From: a virus
Taxonomy: Duplodnaviria > Caudoviricetes
Virus record (IMG/VR): IMGVR_UViG_3300042922_001473
Direction: 5' to 3' (one strand)
Length of the DNA: 64,000 nucleotides
The notes below the pieces were generated by a model. That model was not told the DNA's origin, did no database searches, and saw only the letters and a list, made by a program, of their open reading frames with translations. Each line of letters begins with the position of its first letter. Position 1 is the first letter of the stretch. The position numbers were made by a program, and so were the translations under genes. Shown here piece by piece: positions 8,910 through 19,734 of the stretch.

Positions 8910-9686
8910 ATGGAAAACAATCAAAAGGAACTAATCATGGAAAAAAATAAAAAGGAACTAACACCTACAGAGTACTTTGATAATGTAAAAGGTAGAAAGC
9001 AACAAATAACAGATGAAGAATTGTTATCAATTTATGATAATTGTTTAACTCTTGCTAAAAAGTATACAACTACTGGACAAGTATCAGGACTTCGTAAATT
9101 AATGTTTCATTTAGAGACTATTGAAAAAGAAAGAAACATAGTTAAGATGGGTATTAATACTTTTGTCTACAGAGACGATATTGAAGAGTATATTGATAAT
9201 ATTGCCAATAATGCTGTTAAAATTATTGAGTTAGAGAATTACGAAAGAGAAATTCCTGATGAAATAGTTGAAATAATTGAAAAGGTCAAAGATGAATTTA
9301 CTCAGCTTTATGTTCTTTATACAGATTATACTGGTAAGGAAGAAAAAAGAGTTGAGAAAATAAGAAGGGATAAAGACCCTATACTATTCGGCACATTCAG
9401 AGATGAAAAAAGCAGAACATTAATTGATAGGTTTTATTTCTTAGGCGATTGGATTGACGAATACTGTGATTTGACGCTTGATAAAATGGTGACTGAAATT
9501 AAGAAGAAAAAAGGTAAAGATGTTACCAGAACAATCAGCACTCCAACAACAATTGAGGAATTAAAACAACAATTAGAAACTTTGGAAAGAAAAAATGGGA
9601 AAAATGATGTTTTCGTTATTAATAATAACAGTCCTAAAAAAACAGGTTTCTTTAGCAAAATAAGAACATTTTTAGGAGATAAATAA
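8910..9686 (+). CDS. conserved phage-type hypothetical protein
   Basis: DPILFG...FYFLGDWIDEYCDLTL motif; C-terminal KKTGFFSKIRTFLG. Confidence 0.8.
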   Translation: MENNQKELIMEKNKKELTPTEYFDNVKGRKQQITDEELLSIYDNCLTLAKKYTTTGQVSGLRKLMFHLETIEKERNIVKMGINTFVYRDDIEEYIDNIANNAVKIIELENYEREIPDEIVEIIEKVKDEFTQLYVLYTDYTGKEEKRVEKIRRDKDPILFGTFRDEKSRTLIDRFYFLGDWIDEYCDLTLDKMVTEIKKKKGKDVTRTISTPTTIEELKQQLETLERKNGKNDVFVINNNSPKKTGFFSKIRTFLGDK

Positions 9687-9734
9687 TGGATGATATTATG
9701 GAAATAAAAATAGGACAAATAAGAAGTATATAGG

Positions 9735-9953
9735 ATGGGACATATGAAAAAATTAATTATTCCGTTGTTAATTGCGATTATATTTGTATGTATCATTGGT
9801 TTTTTTGCTTTAGCTGAACAAACATATTTTATGAAAGAACAAATGCAAAGTGAAATTAATGTACAACAAGAAGAAATAAATGAACTCAAATCAACTATTG
9901 AACAACAAGACAAAATAATTGAAGAATTTAAGGGAATTATTATTAGATATTAA
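9735..9953 (+). CDS. small membrane-anchored coiled-coil protein
   Basis: N-terminal hydrophobic helix followed by heptad pattern. Confidence 0.6.
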   Translation: MGHMKKLIIPLLIAIIFVCIIGFFALAEQTYFMKEQMQSEINVQQEEINELKSTIEQQDKIIEEFKGIIIRY

Positions 9954-10038
9954 TACTTTTAGTTTTAGTAAGACTTCACTTCCTCTTAAGTTAATCATAT
10001 TAAAAATAGAGGAAATATAAGGTTTTAGGAGGTAAATA

Positions 10039-10422
10039 GTGAAAAGCAATATTGACTTAACAGAAAGTAGACACTTTCAAAAAGATACAAGAGATTCAAA
10101 AATAGCTTCATTAAATAAGATTTCTTCTGATTTTTTAGTTAATAGAATTAAACTTATTCAATTAAACAAGACATTCCCATGGGATTTTAAAAGAAAAAAA
10201 CTAAGTGAGGAAGCTAATATTGAATTATTTCTTACTGGTAGCAAAGAAGACCGTTTATACAAGAAAAACTGTATTGATTATGACATTGGTACTCAGTGCG
10301 AATGTTGTGGCTTTGATTTTAGAAAAAAACTATGGTTAAATGATAGCTCAAGACTATGCCCAAAATGTATGAATTATCTTGAAAATAGTATGAGAAAAAG
10401 TAACAGTATATTTAATATATAA
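10039..10422 (+). CDS. hypothetical Zn-finger protein
   Basis: CECCG...LCPKC; AGGAGG RBS. Confidence 0.7.
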   Translation: MKSNIDLTESRHFQKDTRDSKIASLNKISSDFLVNRIKLIQLNKTFPWDFKRKKLSEEANIELFLTGSKEDRLYKKNCIDYDIGTQCECCGFDFRKKLWLNDSSRLCPKCMNYLENSMRKSNSIFNI

Positions 10423-10441
10423 GAATAGTGAGGATATTGAA

Positions 10442-10609
10442 ATGGAAGAAAAAAGAGAAAATACTGTATTGGATTTGTTAATGCTTTTGCATAACACAAA
10501 ATTAGAAGCACCAATTAAGGTTAGATTAAATGATAAGCTTTATGATATTTCGGCAGTAAGTAAAAAAAATATGATGGTATTTATTGATGCTGAAGAAATT
10601 AAAAAATAA
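10442..10609 (+). CDS. small hypothetical protein (55 aa, not in ORF track)
   Basis: GAGGA RBS, MEEKRENTVLDLL...EEIKK*. Confidence 0.55.
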   Translation: MEEKRENTVLDLLMLLHNTKLEAPIKVRLNDKLYDISAVSKKNMMVFIDAEEIKK

Positions 10610-10687
10610 CAAAAAGCAGGTAATTTCTTACTGTTGAGTATTGATAAAAAAGTGCTATAAAATAGAATTTATGGAAGGATTGATATT

Positions 10688-10966
10688 ATGTGTGGAATAA
10701 TTAAGGAAGTTACGATAAAAATTGATTGGACTAAATATGTATCAGAAACGATTGATACTCAAAATTATTTAAATAACATTGTGGAATTTTTTAATTCTAA
10801 TGATGTTAAAGAAGTTATATTTTTTAACATAGGTACTTATTCTAAATTAGTTTCATTAATTACTGATTTAAAGTCATTAGCAGAAAAGGGAAATGTTTAT
10901 GTAGAAAAGGATTCTGTAATATACAGACCATCTCTTAACCCCCTATCTTTTAAAACATGGTTTTAA
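10688..10966 (+). CDS. hypothetical protein
   Basis: 92-aa ORF with GAAGGA RBS. Confidence 0.55.
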   Translation: MCGIIKEVTIKIDWTKYVSETIDTQNYLNNIVEFFNSNDVKEVIFFNIGTYSKLVSLITDLKSLAEKGNVYVEKDSVIYRPSLNPLSFKTWF

Positions 10967-11040
10967 ATAAACTCAACAATAACTTAAAAAGTCGTTTGAA
11001 TTGTGAATTATAGTGTAAAACAAATATTGATAAAAATTAA

Positions 11041-11070
11041 AAGAAGCAGGTAAATTCCTGCTTTTTTATT
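11041..11070. terminator. bidirectional intrinsic terminator
   Basis: AAGCAGG-taaatt-CCTGCTT hairpin with A/T tails between convergent genes. Confidence 0.75.
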
Positions 11071-11076
11071 TACAAA

Positions 11077-12078
11077 TTAATGTTTTGTATTAAAATCGTT
11101 TTTATTAAACCTTCCAGGATAAGCTGTATTAATAGCTTCATAAGGAGAATAATTATATACTTTGGCAAGCATACCAGACAAACCATTATTCATAAAAGTT
11201 TGTTTTCTTAGTTTTAAGATAACTTCTTCATTAGACCATTTAAGTTTACATTCTATTAACCATTTAGTTGCATTTATAGCATTTCCTTTTGTCCAATATT
11301 TTTTGGGAACAGAACATAATTCCCAAGGCTTAAATAAGTTTGGATAAGCAGTATTTAAACAATCATATGTAGAACCTTTAAATAGCTTATCAAGCATACC
11401 AACCAATCCATACTTTTCAAATGTTTCTTTTTTTATTTCAATATTTTTATTACTAAACCAATCAAGCTTCACTTCTAAAAGCCATTTTGTAGAATTAATC
11501 CCATTTTCCATTGTCCAATATTTTAACGGAACATTGCCTAATTCCCAAGGTTCAAACATTTTAGGATATGCGGTATTTATCGCTTGATATGGAGAGCTAT
11601 CAAATAAAAGTTGCAACATACCCCCTAATTTATATTTGACAAATATACTAACAGTAGGTTTAATTTTTTCATTAGAATTAAACCAATTAAGTTTTTCTTC
11701 CATAAGCCATTTAGTTGCCTCTATTCCATTCTCTAAAATCCAATAATTCTTAGGAACGACTGATACTTCCCATATTTTAAATCTACCTGGATATGCTGTA
11801 TTTATAGCTTCATATAAGGAATTATTATAAACATATTTAATCATTTCTTCTAATCCATATTTATTAAAAAGACTAAATTTTGTGTTGTTAATAATTTCTT
11901 CATCTGACCAATTTAATATATCTTCATATAAAGCTTTTATTATTTTGACAGAATGTTCTTTACTTTTTTTCTTAATCCAAAAGGATTTAGATATTCTGTG
12001 TAACTTTAAATATTTAATTTCTTTAAAAAATTCAGTTATAGGTAATTCATATATATCTTCATTAAAGATATTCTTCAT
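11077..12078 (-). CDS. DUF4046-like repeat protein
   Basis: Internal ~72-aa repeats YxAINTAYP..F.PWEL..VP..YW...NGIxATKWL. Confidence 0.8.
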   Translation of the reverse strand: MKNIFNEDIYELPITEFFKEIKYLKLHRISKSFWIKKKSKEHSVKIIKALYEDILNWSDEEIINNTKFSLFNKYGLEEMIKYVYNNSLYEAINTAYPGRFKIWEVSVVPKNYWILENGIEATKWLMEEKLNWFNSNEKIKPTVSIFVKYKLGGMLQLLFDSSPYQAINTAYPKMFEPWELGNVPLKYWTMENGINSTKWLLEVKLDWFSNKNIEIKKETFEKYGLVGMLDKLFKGSTYDCLNTAYPNLFKPWELCSVPKKYWTKGNAINATKWLIECKLKWSNEEVILKLRKQTFMNNGLSGMLAKVYNYSPYEAINTAYPGRFNKNDFNTKH

Positions 12079-12193
12079 GTTACCCTCCTAATTTACCATT
12101 ATATATATAATAGTACAATCTGACAAAAAAAGCAAGGTTTCCCCTGCTATTTCACTATTTTAATATTCTATAGTATTAAACTATATAGAATCG

Positions 12194-13357
12194 CTATAAT
12201 CTTTCGGTAGTAAGTGCTATCCCATTGATTATCACACTGTCATCTATTTCGATTAATAAACATTTTCTACCACGCTTATCCAATACTTGCTTTATTGAAC
12301 CTAAATCTTTAGGACTAATTGAAATATTCGCTTTATCACTATTAATATTAATTGACTTTGAATGATAGTTTGGAATTATATTTGAAGCTTTAAATTTGTA
12401 ACTACTTCCTGCTATATCATTAAATATTTTAGATAAGTCTTCGGTATCTTTTATTCCACTTTCAACTAACACTTTTTCTATATCTGGGATTCCTAACTTT
12501 AATGGTTCGCTGTTGTCATTAGCGTCATTGTATTCCATTTTGTTATTTATTTGTTCATATACTTGTTGCATTGTATCAGGTGACATTTTCTCTTTCACTA
12601 ATGAACTTAAAATGTTTTCAAATTTTTCTTTTTCTTCTCTTGCTGTAAGAGTGTTTACACAGGATAGTATGTTTTCCACAAAATTCTCATTCTTTCTATC
12701 AGCTTTCGAGGTATAATAAATGACCTTATTTGCGTCTGCAGAGTTATCATTAAATGTTGGATACATAAATCCGTCTAAAGGTGAACTAATATTTATAATT
12801 GTGTCAAATCCAGAAGTTGCTTTAAATGTTTGAGTTTTGTGGTCAAATTTTAATGCTTTTTTAGCCATATCAATTTTATTTAGACTGCACATTATGAAAT
12901 CAAATTTATATACATTATCATCATTTCCAGATTCATCGTCTTTATTGTATTCTATTGGTTTTAGATATTCGGCTTTAATAAAATTAATAACAATATCTGT
13001 TTCCCAGTTAAAATTACCAGCTATTTTTTCAACTACTTTATCTGCATTTGCTTTAAAATCGTCAGATTTTTGAGTTTTTAATATATTATGTAGCATAGTT
13101 TGGTTATCATTGTTTCCGCTATTAATAAATTCAAGTTCGAAAACCTTCGAATCAAGTGTACCTGTTAATAGCTTCTTAAAATTCTTATAGTAAAGCTCCT
13201 GCTCTGTTTCCCCTAATCTATCAAACATATTGTTTTCAGTATGTACTATTTCCTTATTGTCACATTTAAGATATACATTATAGATTTGTTTAATATTTAA
13301 TAGTAAGTTATCAGGTTTAAATTCTTTCTTTATAGCAGATATGTCTTTTTTATTCAT
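12194..13357 (-). CDS. DUF4317 family protein
   Basis: MNKKDISAIKKEFK start, GFMYPTFND and GRKCLLIEID motifs. Confidence 0.85.
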   Translation of the reverse strand: MNKKDISAIKKEFKPDNLLLNIKQIYNVYLKCDNKEIVHTENNMFDRLGETEQELYYKNFKKLLTGTLDSKVFELEFINSGNNDNQTMLHNILKTQKSDDFKANADKVVEKIAGNFNWETDIVINFIKAEYLKPIEYNKDDESGNDDNVYKFDFIMCSLNKIDMAKKALKFDHKTQTFKATSGFDTIINISSPLDGFMYPTFNDNSADANKVIYYTSKADRKNENFVENILSCVNTLTAREEKEKFENILSSLVKEKMSPDTMQQVYEQINNKMEYNDANDNSEPLKLGIPDIEKVLVESGIKDTEDLSKIFNDIAGSSYKFKASNIIPNYHSKSININSDKANISISPKDLGSIKQVLDKRGRKCLLIEIDDSVIINGIALTTERL

Positions 13358-13386
13358 TATAATTCCTCCGTTTATGTATTAAATAC

Positions 13387-13415
13387 ATTATATCATCGTT
13401 GTTGACTTTAGTCAA
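13387..13415 (-). promoter_or_regulatory. sigmaA promoter overlapped by perfect palindrome TTGACTTTAGTCAA-type operator
   Basis: TTGACT-N17-TATAAT on minus strand; inverted repeat at 13402-13415. Confidence 0.7.
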
Positions 13416-13537
13416 TGAAGAAATCAAAATTTTATATTATTCTGTGTTACACCAGATTTATTTAAAATTTACTAATTTTATATAATTTAATATATATTTT
13501 AACAACTTATAAATTTATAAAGAAAGGAGAAATTATA

Positions 13538-13960
13538 TTGACCGATTTATATACACTTGGAACAATTTATCTACTTTTGCTTTGTCTTTTAATAGTTGCA
13601 GGATACATGTATATCAAAACACTATTTTATATGCCTGGTGAAAGCTTATTGATTAGTAAAAAAATGATTAATCAAAAATGCTTATATATGTATTTTTTAT
13701 TAATTATTATAATCTTATGTCTTAATGTTTTTGTTGATGAATCAACTAAGCATATTGAAAAAGCTAATGAATATCGAGGTAAATATGTAGGATTGTTGGA
13801 TAAGCAAATAAATTTATTAGATGAATATATCGAATTACAAAACAAATATTTAATATTATTAGATAAATACGATGATACACTAATAGAATATGAAAATCTT
13901 TTGGACAAGCATGAAATATTGCAAAACGATTATCTTATATTATTAGAAAAAATAAAATGA
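13538..13960 (+). CDS. membrane protein with coiled-coil LLDK repeats
   Basis: Two hydrophobic helices, repeated LLDK. Confidence 0.6.
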   Translation: MTDLYTLGTIYLLLLCLLIVAGYMYIKTLFYMPGESLLISKKMINQKCLYMYFLLIIIILCLNVFVDESTKHIEKANEYRGKYVGLLDKQINLLDEYIELQNKYLILLDKYDDTLIEYENLLDKHEILQNDYLILLEKIK

Positions 13961-14027
13961 AAGAATCATTCAAGAGTCTTTAATAAAAACAAAACAGCAT
14001 TAATTTAATGCTGTTTTTAATATTTTA

Positions 14028-14588
14028 TCACAAAAGGAAAGAATATTGTAATAATATTTCTTTTAAATCTTTGATGTTTCTGAATTGTTGTAGATATTCA
14101 AATCCATAAAATCCCGTTTTAACATTCCGAGCCTTTAACTGTGAACTTAATATTAAATCATCATCACTATATTTTTTCATTACTTCAATAGAAGCTATTC
14201 CAAGAAGATACAAATAATCTCCGTCTTTAACTAAAATAATTTCTGGTTTTGTTGGACTTTTATGAACAATTGGGAATTTACCAAATTCTACAGTTTTTAC
14301 TCCAATATTTAATCCAATAGAATTTAAATCAGTCAAATTATAACAGTTTGAATTTCCAATAGACCAATCAAAAAACTTAATATCTAAAAATTTTTCTACA
14401 GCTAATTCTCCACTAATACCTGTTATCCAACGCTTCAACTCAGAACCATTGTCTATTCTATAAATATATTCTTTTTCTATGATAATTTTTTTCGCAAACT
14501 TATAAATTTTTTCTTTAGTTTCATTTGTGATTTTTAATCTTACATACTTTTGTTTTGATTCTTTAAAATATTTAATAAACTTTTTCAA
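14028..14588 (-). CDS. possible PD-(D/E)XK nuclease-like protein
   Basis: GELAVEKFL...DL...IGVKT pattern. Confidence 0.45.
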   Translation of the reverse strand: MKKFIKYFKESKQKYVRLKITNETKEKIYKFAKKIIIEKEYIYRIDNGSELKRWITGISGELAVEKFLDIKFFDWSIGNSNCYNLTDLNSIGLNIGVKTVEFGKFPIVHKSPTKPEIILVKDGDYLYLLGIASIEVMKKYSDDDLILSSQLKARNVKTGFYGFEYLQQFRNIKDLKEILLQYSFLL

Positions 14589-14606
14589 ACAATACCCTCC
14601 TCAAAA

Positions 14607-14624
14607 CATTGACTTTAGTCAATG
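14607..14624. promoter_or_regulatory. palindromic operator CATTGACTTTAGTCAATG
   Basis: 8-bp arms; just upstream of RBS of 14028-14588. Confidence 0.6.
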
Positions 14625-14955
14625 ATAGAGTTAAGGGTTATTAATTAATAGATTAAAACTGTTTTATATCGTTTAATATTAAAAATAACAAAATAATAAA
14701 ACTTTGAAGTTTGTTAATAGTCTAAATTTATTATTAAGTTATTTTTACTTGATAATTTAACTTACATATGAATATAATTAAGTATTCAAGATAAAAAAGT
14801 ATGCTTATATGCTATTTTTTTAAGGAAGGACATGACCAGTAAGAACTTTAAACAGTAAAAACATTGATATTAGAGAGACTTAGACAAGAGAGAAAATTAA
14901 ATTTAGAGAAAACTTTACTTAGGAAAACTTATGAGAGATTACGGAGGACAAGAAA

Positions 14956-15165
14956 ATGGTAGGCGTTGGTGTTGGATTAAAATTATCAATAATATTTGCA
15001 GGACTTGTAATAATGTTAGCTATTAGTTTTATAGGAATGGCTATAAACAAAATAATGAAGAATGCAGAAGTTGATGAAAAAGTTCTTATAAAAATAAACA
15101 TGCGTGTAGGATTTATAACCATTCTATCACTTTTATTTTATATAATAGTGTGCATAGTTTTATAG
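14956..15165 (+). CDS. small two-TM membrane protein
   Basis: GGAGG RBS; two hydrophobic helices. Confidence 0.6.
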   Translation: MVGVGVGLKLSIIFAGLVIMLAISFIGMAINKIMKNAEVDEKVLIKINMRVGFITILSLLFYIIVCIVL

Positions 15166-15323
15166 GAGCTTGGTATGAGACAAAGACAATTAAATATGAA
15201 AAAGGATACTGGTCGTTATCCTCAAAAACTTGATTTTTTAAATACATATTAAGTTAGGGGGATAATGCATAAGGCATATTCCTCTTTTTAATTTGTAATT
15301 CCCAGTTACAAAAAATAAGAAAG

Positions 15324-15920
15324 GTGGTATGCTTTATGGGAAAGAACAGTAATGAAAATAAAACAAACAAGGTAATACAAACAAATGAAGCATCTAAAAA
15401 AGAAGTTTCATTAAATAAAGCAGTTGATGAAAAGGAGATTAAACCCGAAGTACTTAATAAAGAAGTAAATAAGGAACTCGATAAAGAAGTTGTTGACAAG
15501 TTTGGCAATGCTAAAAAAATGGCTACTAATAAAATATACGATTTTTTAGCATTATTATTTAAAAATAAAGTACAAGTTTTTTTTATGACAATTGTATTAA
15601 TTTCATTCACAATTGCTACTATAGCAGGGTTTAAAACTATATTTGGTGTCTTCTCTCCCAAAGAAGATAATAAAAATGTAGATAATACACAGTATGTTAT
15701 TGAACAAATCATAAAAACAACTGAAGAAAAATGTGAACTTGAAAAACAAATAATCATTCAACAGTATGAACATGAAAAAGAAATCACATTGATTAATTCT
15801 GAACATGATAATGAAATAAAATTACTTAATTCTGAACATGATAAGGAAAAATTACAATATGAAATTGAAGTACTAAGATTAAAAGATTTACTTATTAAGG
15901 CTGAAAATAAACCTGATTAA
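15324..15920 (+). CDS. membrane-anchored coiled-coil protein
   Basis: Central TM; 11-aa tandem repeat L(I/L)NSEHD. Confidence 0.65.
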   Translation: MVCFMGKNSNENKTNKVIQTNEASKKEVSLNKAVDEKEIKPEVLNKEVNKELDKEVVDKFGNAKKMATNKIYDFLALLFKNKVQVFFMTIVLISFTIATIAGFKTIFGVFSPKEDNKNVDNTQYVIEQIIKTTEEKCELEKQIIIQQYEHEKEITLINSEHDNEIKLLNSEHDKEKLQYEIEVLRLKDLLIKAENKPD

Positions 15921-16187
15921 TAAAGGTTAATATAGAATTTTCCCATAGGGGGATATGGAAGGTGGATGGAATGAAAGAAGATTCTATAAAAAAATAAAAA
16001 GCATATATTTAAAAGAATATATGCTTTTTATTTTTTGTCTAAATGTATTATTAATGGTTAATTTTAGTAAATAAATATTTTTTTAATTTTTACTAATATT
16101 TATTTAACAATAACCGATAAATAAAAGGTAGTAAGATAAATGAAACTAAAAGGGTGGGGGTAATAATTGTGAAAAGGAATATATCTA

Positions 16188-16631
16188 ATGGGAATAGATT
16201 ATAGATTTGAAACACAACGGAAGGTTGATAATTTGGGAAGGATTATTATTCCTTCAAATTATTTAAACTTTCTTAAAATAAATATTGGCAATAAAATTAT
16301 TTCTTACATTGATAAAAACGGAAATCTTGTTTTAAAAAAAGAAAAGCAAAAATGTATTTTTTGTGATTCTGAAATTTCTTTAAGTAAGATTAGTGATATT
16401 CATGTATGTCCAAAATGCTATACATTGAATAATCGTAAACTGATAGTTAATAATAGATATTCAATAACCATTATTCAGGAAGCGTACAGATGTTTAATTC
16501 ATAAAAAACTAAGAGAAACCTTAAATATTAGTTCTAATGATTATGTCTCAATAGGTTTAATAGAAGATAAACTTGTGATAAAAAAAAGTAAGCAGTTTTC
16601 CCTGCTTACAAATCAAATAAACATTGGTTGA
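16188..16631 (+). CDS. AbrB/MazE/SpoVT family regulator with Zn-ribbon and second AbrB-like domain
   Basis: RKVDNLGRIIIP, CIFC...VCPKC, LRETLNI...D.V.I. Confidence 0.8.
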   Translation: MGIDYRFETQRKVDNLGRIIIPSNYLNFLKINIGNKIISYIDKNGNLVLKKEKQKCIFCDSEISLSKISDIHVCPKCYTLNNRKLIVNNRYSITIIQEAYRCLIHKKLRETLNISSNDYVSIGLIEDKLVIKKSKQFSLLTNQINIG

Positions 16632-16927
16632 TGTATTGTGCTATTTAATGGATTAATAAAAAAATGAGTATCTAAGCAATTCGAAATATCTACATTTACA
16701 TAAAAATCATCATTAGTCTGGTCTTTAATGTTTAAATAAAAATTCGAATCAGAAGTATATAAATTATTATTTGAAATATTATTGCCAGCGTACATTATCG
16801 GATTGTTAATAGGTAAATCATAATAAATTACATTTTTATCATTAACTTTATTATAATAAAAACAAGCTAAGAACAAAATTAATGCAACTATAATTAATAT
16901 GACAACTTTTAACCTTCTTTTTTTCAT
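16613..16927 (-). CDS. putative exported protein
   Basis: MKKRR followed by hydrophobic N-terminus. Confidence 0.5.
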   Translation of the reverse strand: MKKRRLKVVILIIVALILFLACFYYNKVNDKNVIYYDLPINNPIMYAGNNISNNNLYTSDSNFYLNIKDQTNDDFYVNVDISNCLDTHFFINPLNSTIHQPMFI

Positions 16928-17483
16928 TTATTTTACCTACTTTCATATTTGATGCTTAATTATCTCAAAAATAAATTTTAATTTAAATAGATAATTAGTC
17001 CTATACTGTTTTATGCGTAAAACAAATAATTTATTAGGAATTAATAAATAAAAAAGCAGTTATAATAACTGCCTTTTTTGACGGATAATGTTTGTGTGTT
17101 TTTGAGGAACAAAATCAAAAGTATATATATTTGTAAAATAAATAGCATTTAAATATATACAAATGAAATAATATAATATCCCATTCCTAAACCAACAACG
17201 ATAGAAAATAAGTCCAGAATTACATCAATAATCCTCTCTTGAACCCATTCTTTTTTTCTAAAGTTTTCTTTTATAGAAGATATTTTATCCTTTAATACTT
17301 TCACACTAACACATCCTTTATTATTCTGATATAGTTTTATTAGCAACGGTATTACTTTTTATATAATAAGTATATACTTTATTCATATATTATTAACTTA
17401 TATGAATTTTAAAGTTATATACTTATTATATATCATATATGCAATAAATACATAAACTATAATTATAGTTTATAAGTACTTCT

Positions 17484-18479
17484 CTATGCGATTTTTTTAC
17501 TCTTAATTAAGTAATCATTATTTATCACTTTCATTGATAAGTTAGAACATAATATTTCGCTATAACAAGGTATCATTGGAATTATAACTATGCCCTCTCT
17601 TTGATGATTTGAGCTTTCGTAAACACCTTTAGCAAGTTCTAACAATTCTTCTAATGTGAATTCAAATGTAACATTCAGCTTCATAGGCACATGCTTTAAC
17701 CCATACTTTTTACAGAAATCAATTAATTCTTCAGGGCTTAGATATGACTGAGTATCATTATTAAATATTCTAAACACGAATAATTCATTTTCTTTTAATC
17801 CTAACTTATTTTTCATTATCCCAGGACCTGCTATTTCTCCTTGTATAGAATAATTCCCTGCCTTTTTCAATATTTCAATAATATTATATTTCTTTTCCAT
17901 TTTCCAGTAAACACTATTTTCGTCTTTCAATAAGCTATGTGTATGACTGCATACATGGTAATCATCATTATTCTTTATGTAAGAAGCTGAATACCCGTCT
18001 ATTTTTGTTGTAATTGCTACTTTTTTACCCATAAATTCATCTATAAGTTTTGGGAATGATTGTACTCTTTCTTCACCTGTTTTACTTACTATAGTTGGGT
18101 GATAACCTCTTGATACGCCTATCATTTCTTCTGGAAATTCATCCTCATATTTTTCAACACCAAGCAACTCAGTTACATCTTTTCCTTCAAAAATCTCTGT
18201 ACTTGTTGGAAGAATATCGGTTGTCCAGCATAACCCTTGTGATAACTGCCCACGAAGTCTAAGAGTTTTTAATCTGTAATTATTGATTGCCATATATTCA
18301 AATTCAGGTATTTTAGGTAATATACTATCTATTTCAAAGTATATACATAAATCCCCTTCTTTAAATTGTCCTTTCTTTACTACACATTTCCAACCTAATA
18401 TTGTAGCTATATCTAATGTATCAGCATTAAAATGTGGTACAAGTTTTGTAATTTTCTGAATAGATGCTAACTTTCGCAT
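17484..18479 (-). CDS. ATP-dependent RNA ligase, DRB0094/Rnl5 family
   Basis: MRKLASIQKI OB-like N-terminus, YFEIDS, LRGQLSQGL, KIDG, QGEIAGPGI, REGIV, KVINNDYL. Confidence 0.9.
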   Translation of the reverse strand: MRKLASIQKITKLVPHFNADTLDIATILGWKCVVKKGQFKEGDLCIYFEIDSILPKIPEFEYMAINNYRLKTLRLRGQLSQGLCWTTDILPTSTEIFEGKDVTELLGVEKYEDEFPEEMIGVSRGYHPTIVSKTGEERVQSFPKLIDEFMGKKVAITTKIDGYSASYIKNNDDYHVCSHTHSLLKDENSVYWKMEKKYNIIEILKKAGNYSIQGEIAGPGIMKNKLGLKENELFVFRIFNNDTQSYLSPEELIDFCKKYGLKHVPMKLNVTFEFTLEELLELAKGVYESSNHQREGIVIIPMIPCYSEILCSNLSMKVINNDYLIKSKKIA

Positions 18480-18587
18480 TAAAATCCCCTCTTTCTTCCT
18501 AACTTTTATAATATTTTTAACTTATCTTCGGAACTTTTTATTTTTTTTTTAAATTCATTTTAGTTATATCTTGTTTAGTGTATTAAT

Positions 18588-18803
18588 TTATAAGAGCTTA
18601 CCTAATAACTCATGTTTTCCAAATGTTAATTTGTCAGAATTAAATTTACTTGCAAAATTAATATCCGTCTCTGAATACTTGCAACAAGCATCTCTAAAAC
18701 TAAATCCACTTGATACGCCTATCTTTATTTCATTATTATCCGTTTGGTAATATATTTCAAATTCCAATTTATTTTTTTCACTTGCCATAAGTTTACCTAC
18801 CAT
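18588..18803 (-). CDS. hypothetical protein
   Basis: 71-aa ORF. Confidence 0.45.
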   Translation of the reverse strand: MVGKLMASEKNKLEFEIYYQTDNNEIKIGVSSGFSFRDACCKYSETDINFASKFNSDKLTFGKHELLGKLL

Positions 18804-18836
18804 TTGCTATTTATTTATTACAAAAAAATACTGTTT

Positions 18837-19346
18837 CTATCCAATACTTCCTATATAACAATAACTAAAGTCACCCTCACTTAAATCCTCTAACTCAAGC
18901 TCAAGTTCTTTATCAATTCCATATAGTTCACCGTTATCGTCATAAACTTCCACTATGTCATCATAATCCCGTACTGCTAAATAAGTGTTTCCTTTAGTAA
19001 AGTTCTCTAATGTATCAGTATTACATTCAATTACTGTCTGTTTTGGATATTTTTTTGCACAATACATTTCAAGTGAAGTATTTAAACTATGTGCAACTCT
19101 TTCTAAATCATTTTTAGTATAATCTTTATATATGTCAAATGTTTTTCCGTTTATAGTAAGCCAATCAAGATTATCTGTAATTTTTAATATTCCATCTTCT
19201 CTTTCTGCCTTTAATTTATAAAGTATAAGGTCATGTATATCCCTTCTTTGCATAGCAAGCCCCATAACCTCGTTACCTTTTGCATGAGTTGTTTCATATA
19301 TGTTCTCGATATATTCTTTACATAATTCTTTTAAATTAGTACCCAT
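18837..19346 (-). CDS. hypothetical protein
   Basis: 169 aa; C-terminal FTKGNTY...DDNG SH3-like phage motif. Confidence 0.7.
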   Translation of the reverse strand: MGTNLKELCKEYIENIYETTHAKGNEVMGLAMQRRDIHDLILYKLKAEREDGILKITDNLDWLTINGKTFDIYKDYTKNDLERVAHSLNTSLEMYCAKKYPKQTVIECNTDTLENFTKGNTYLAVRDYDDIVEVYDDNGELYGIDKELELELEDLSEGDFSYCYIGSIG

Positions 19347-19455
19347 ATTTAATCCTTCCTTATAAGTTTTTATATACTTCTTTAGAGTTTTTGTAATTCT
19401 TTAAAATGTTGAAACCTGAATGTTGTCACATTATATAAACCATACTATCTAACAC

Positions 19456-19734
19456 CTACAACTCTACTTTTTCTGAACTAACATTACATGAATATATAAT
19501 TTTTTCTATCTCATAATGATTAAAATAAAATCCATTATCATCATAGCCTTCTTTATCTTTCTTTCCACCTTCTGGATATGGCACAGAATAATAATCCCAT
19601 GCTCTCATTGTTCCCCAGTTTATTATTCTCCTTGATACAATAAGATACATAAGCGTAGCATCTTTATGTTCAACTTCTACTATCGAACCTACATTTAATA
19701 GAACTTCACCTAATACTTTTCTATTTTCTAACAT
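19456..19734 (-). CDS. DUF4176-like protein (frame open to an ATT at 19872)
   Basis: LLNVGSIV...WDY..VPYPEG...FNHYEIEKI. Confidence 0.75.
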   Translation of the reverse strand: MLENRKVLGEVLLNVGSIVEVEHKDATLMYLIVSRRIINWGTMRAWDYYSVPYPEGGKKDKEGYDDNGFYFNHYEIEKIIYSCNVSSEKVEL

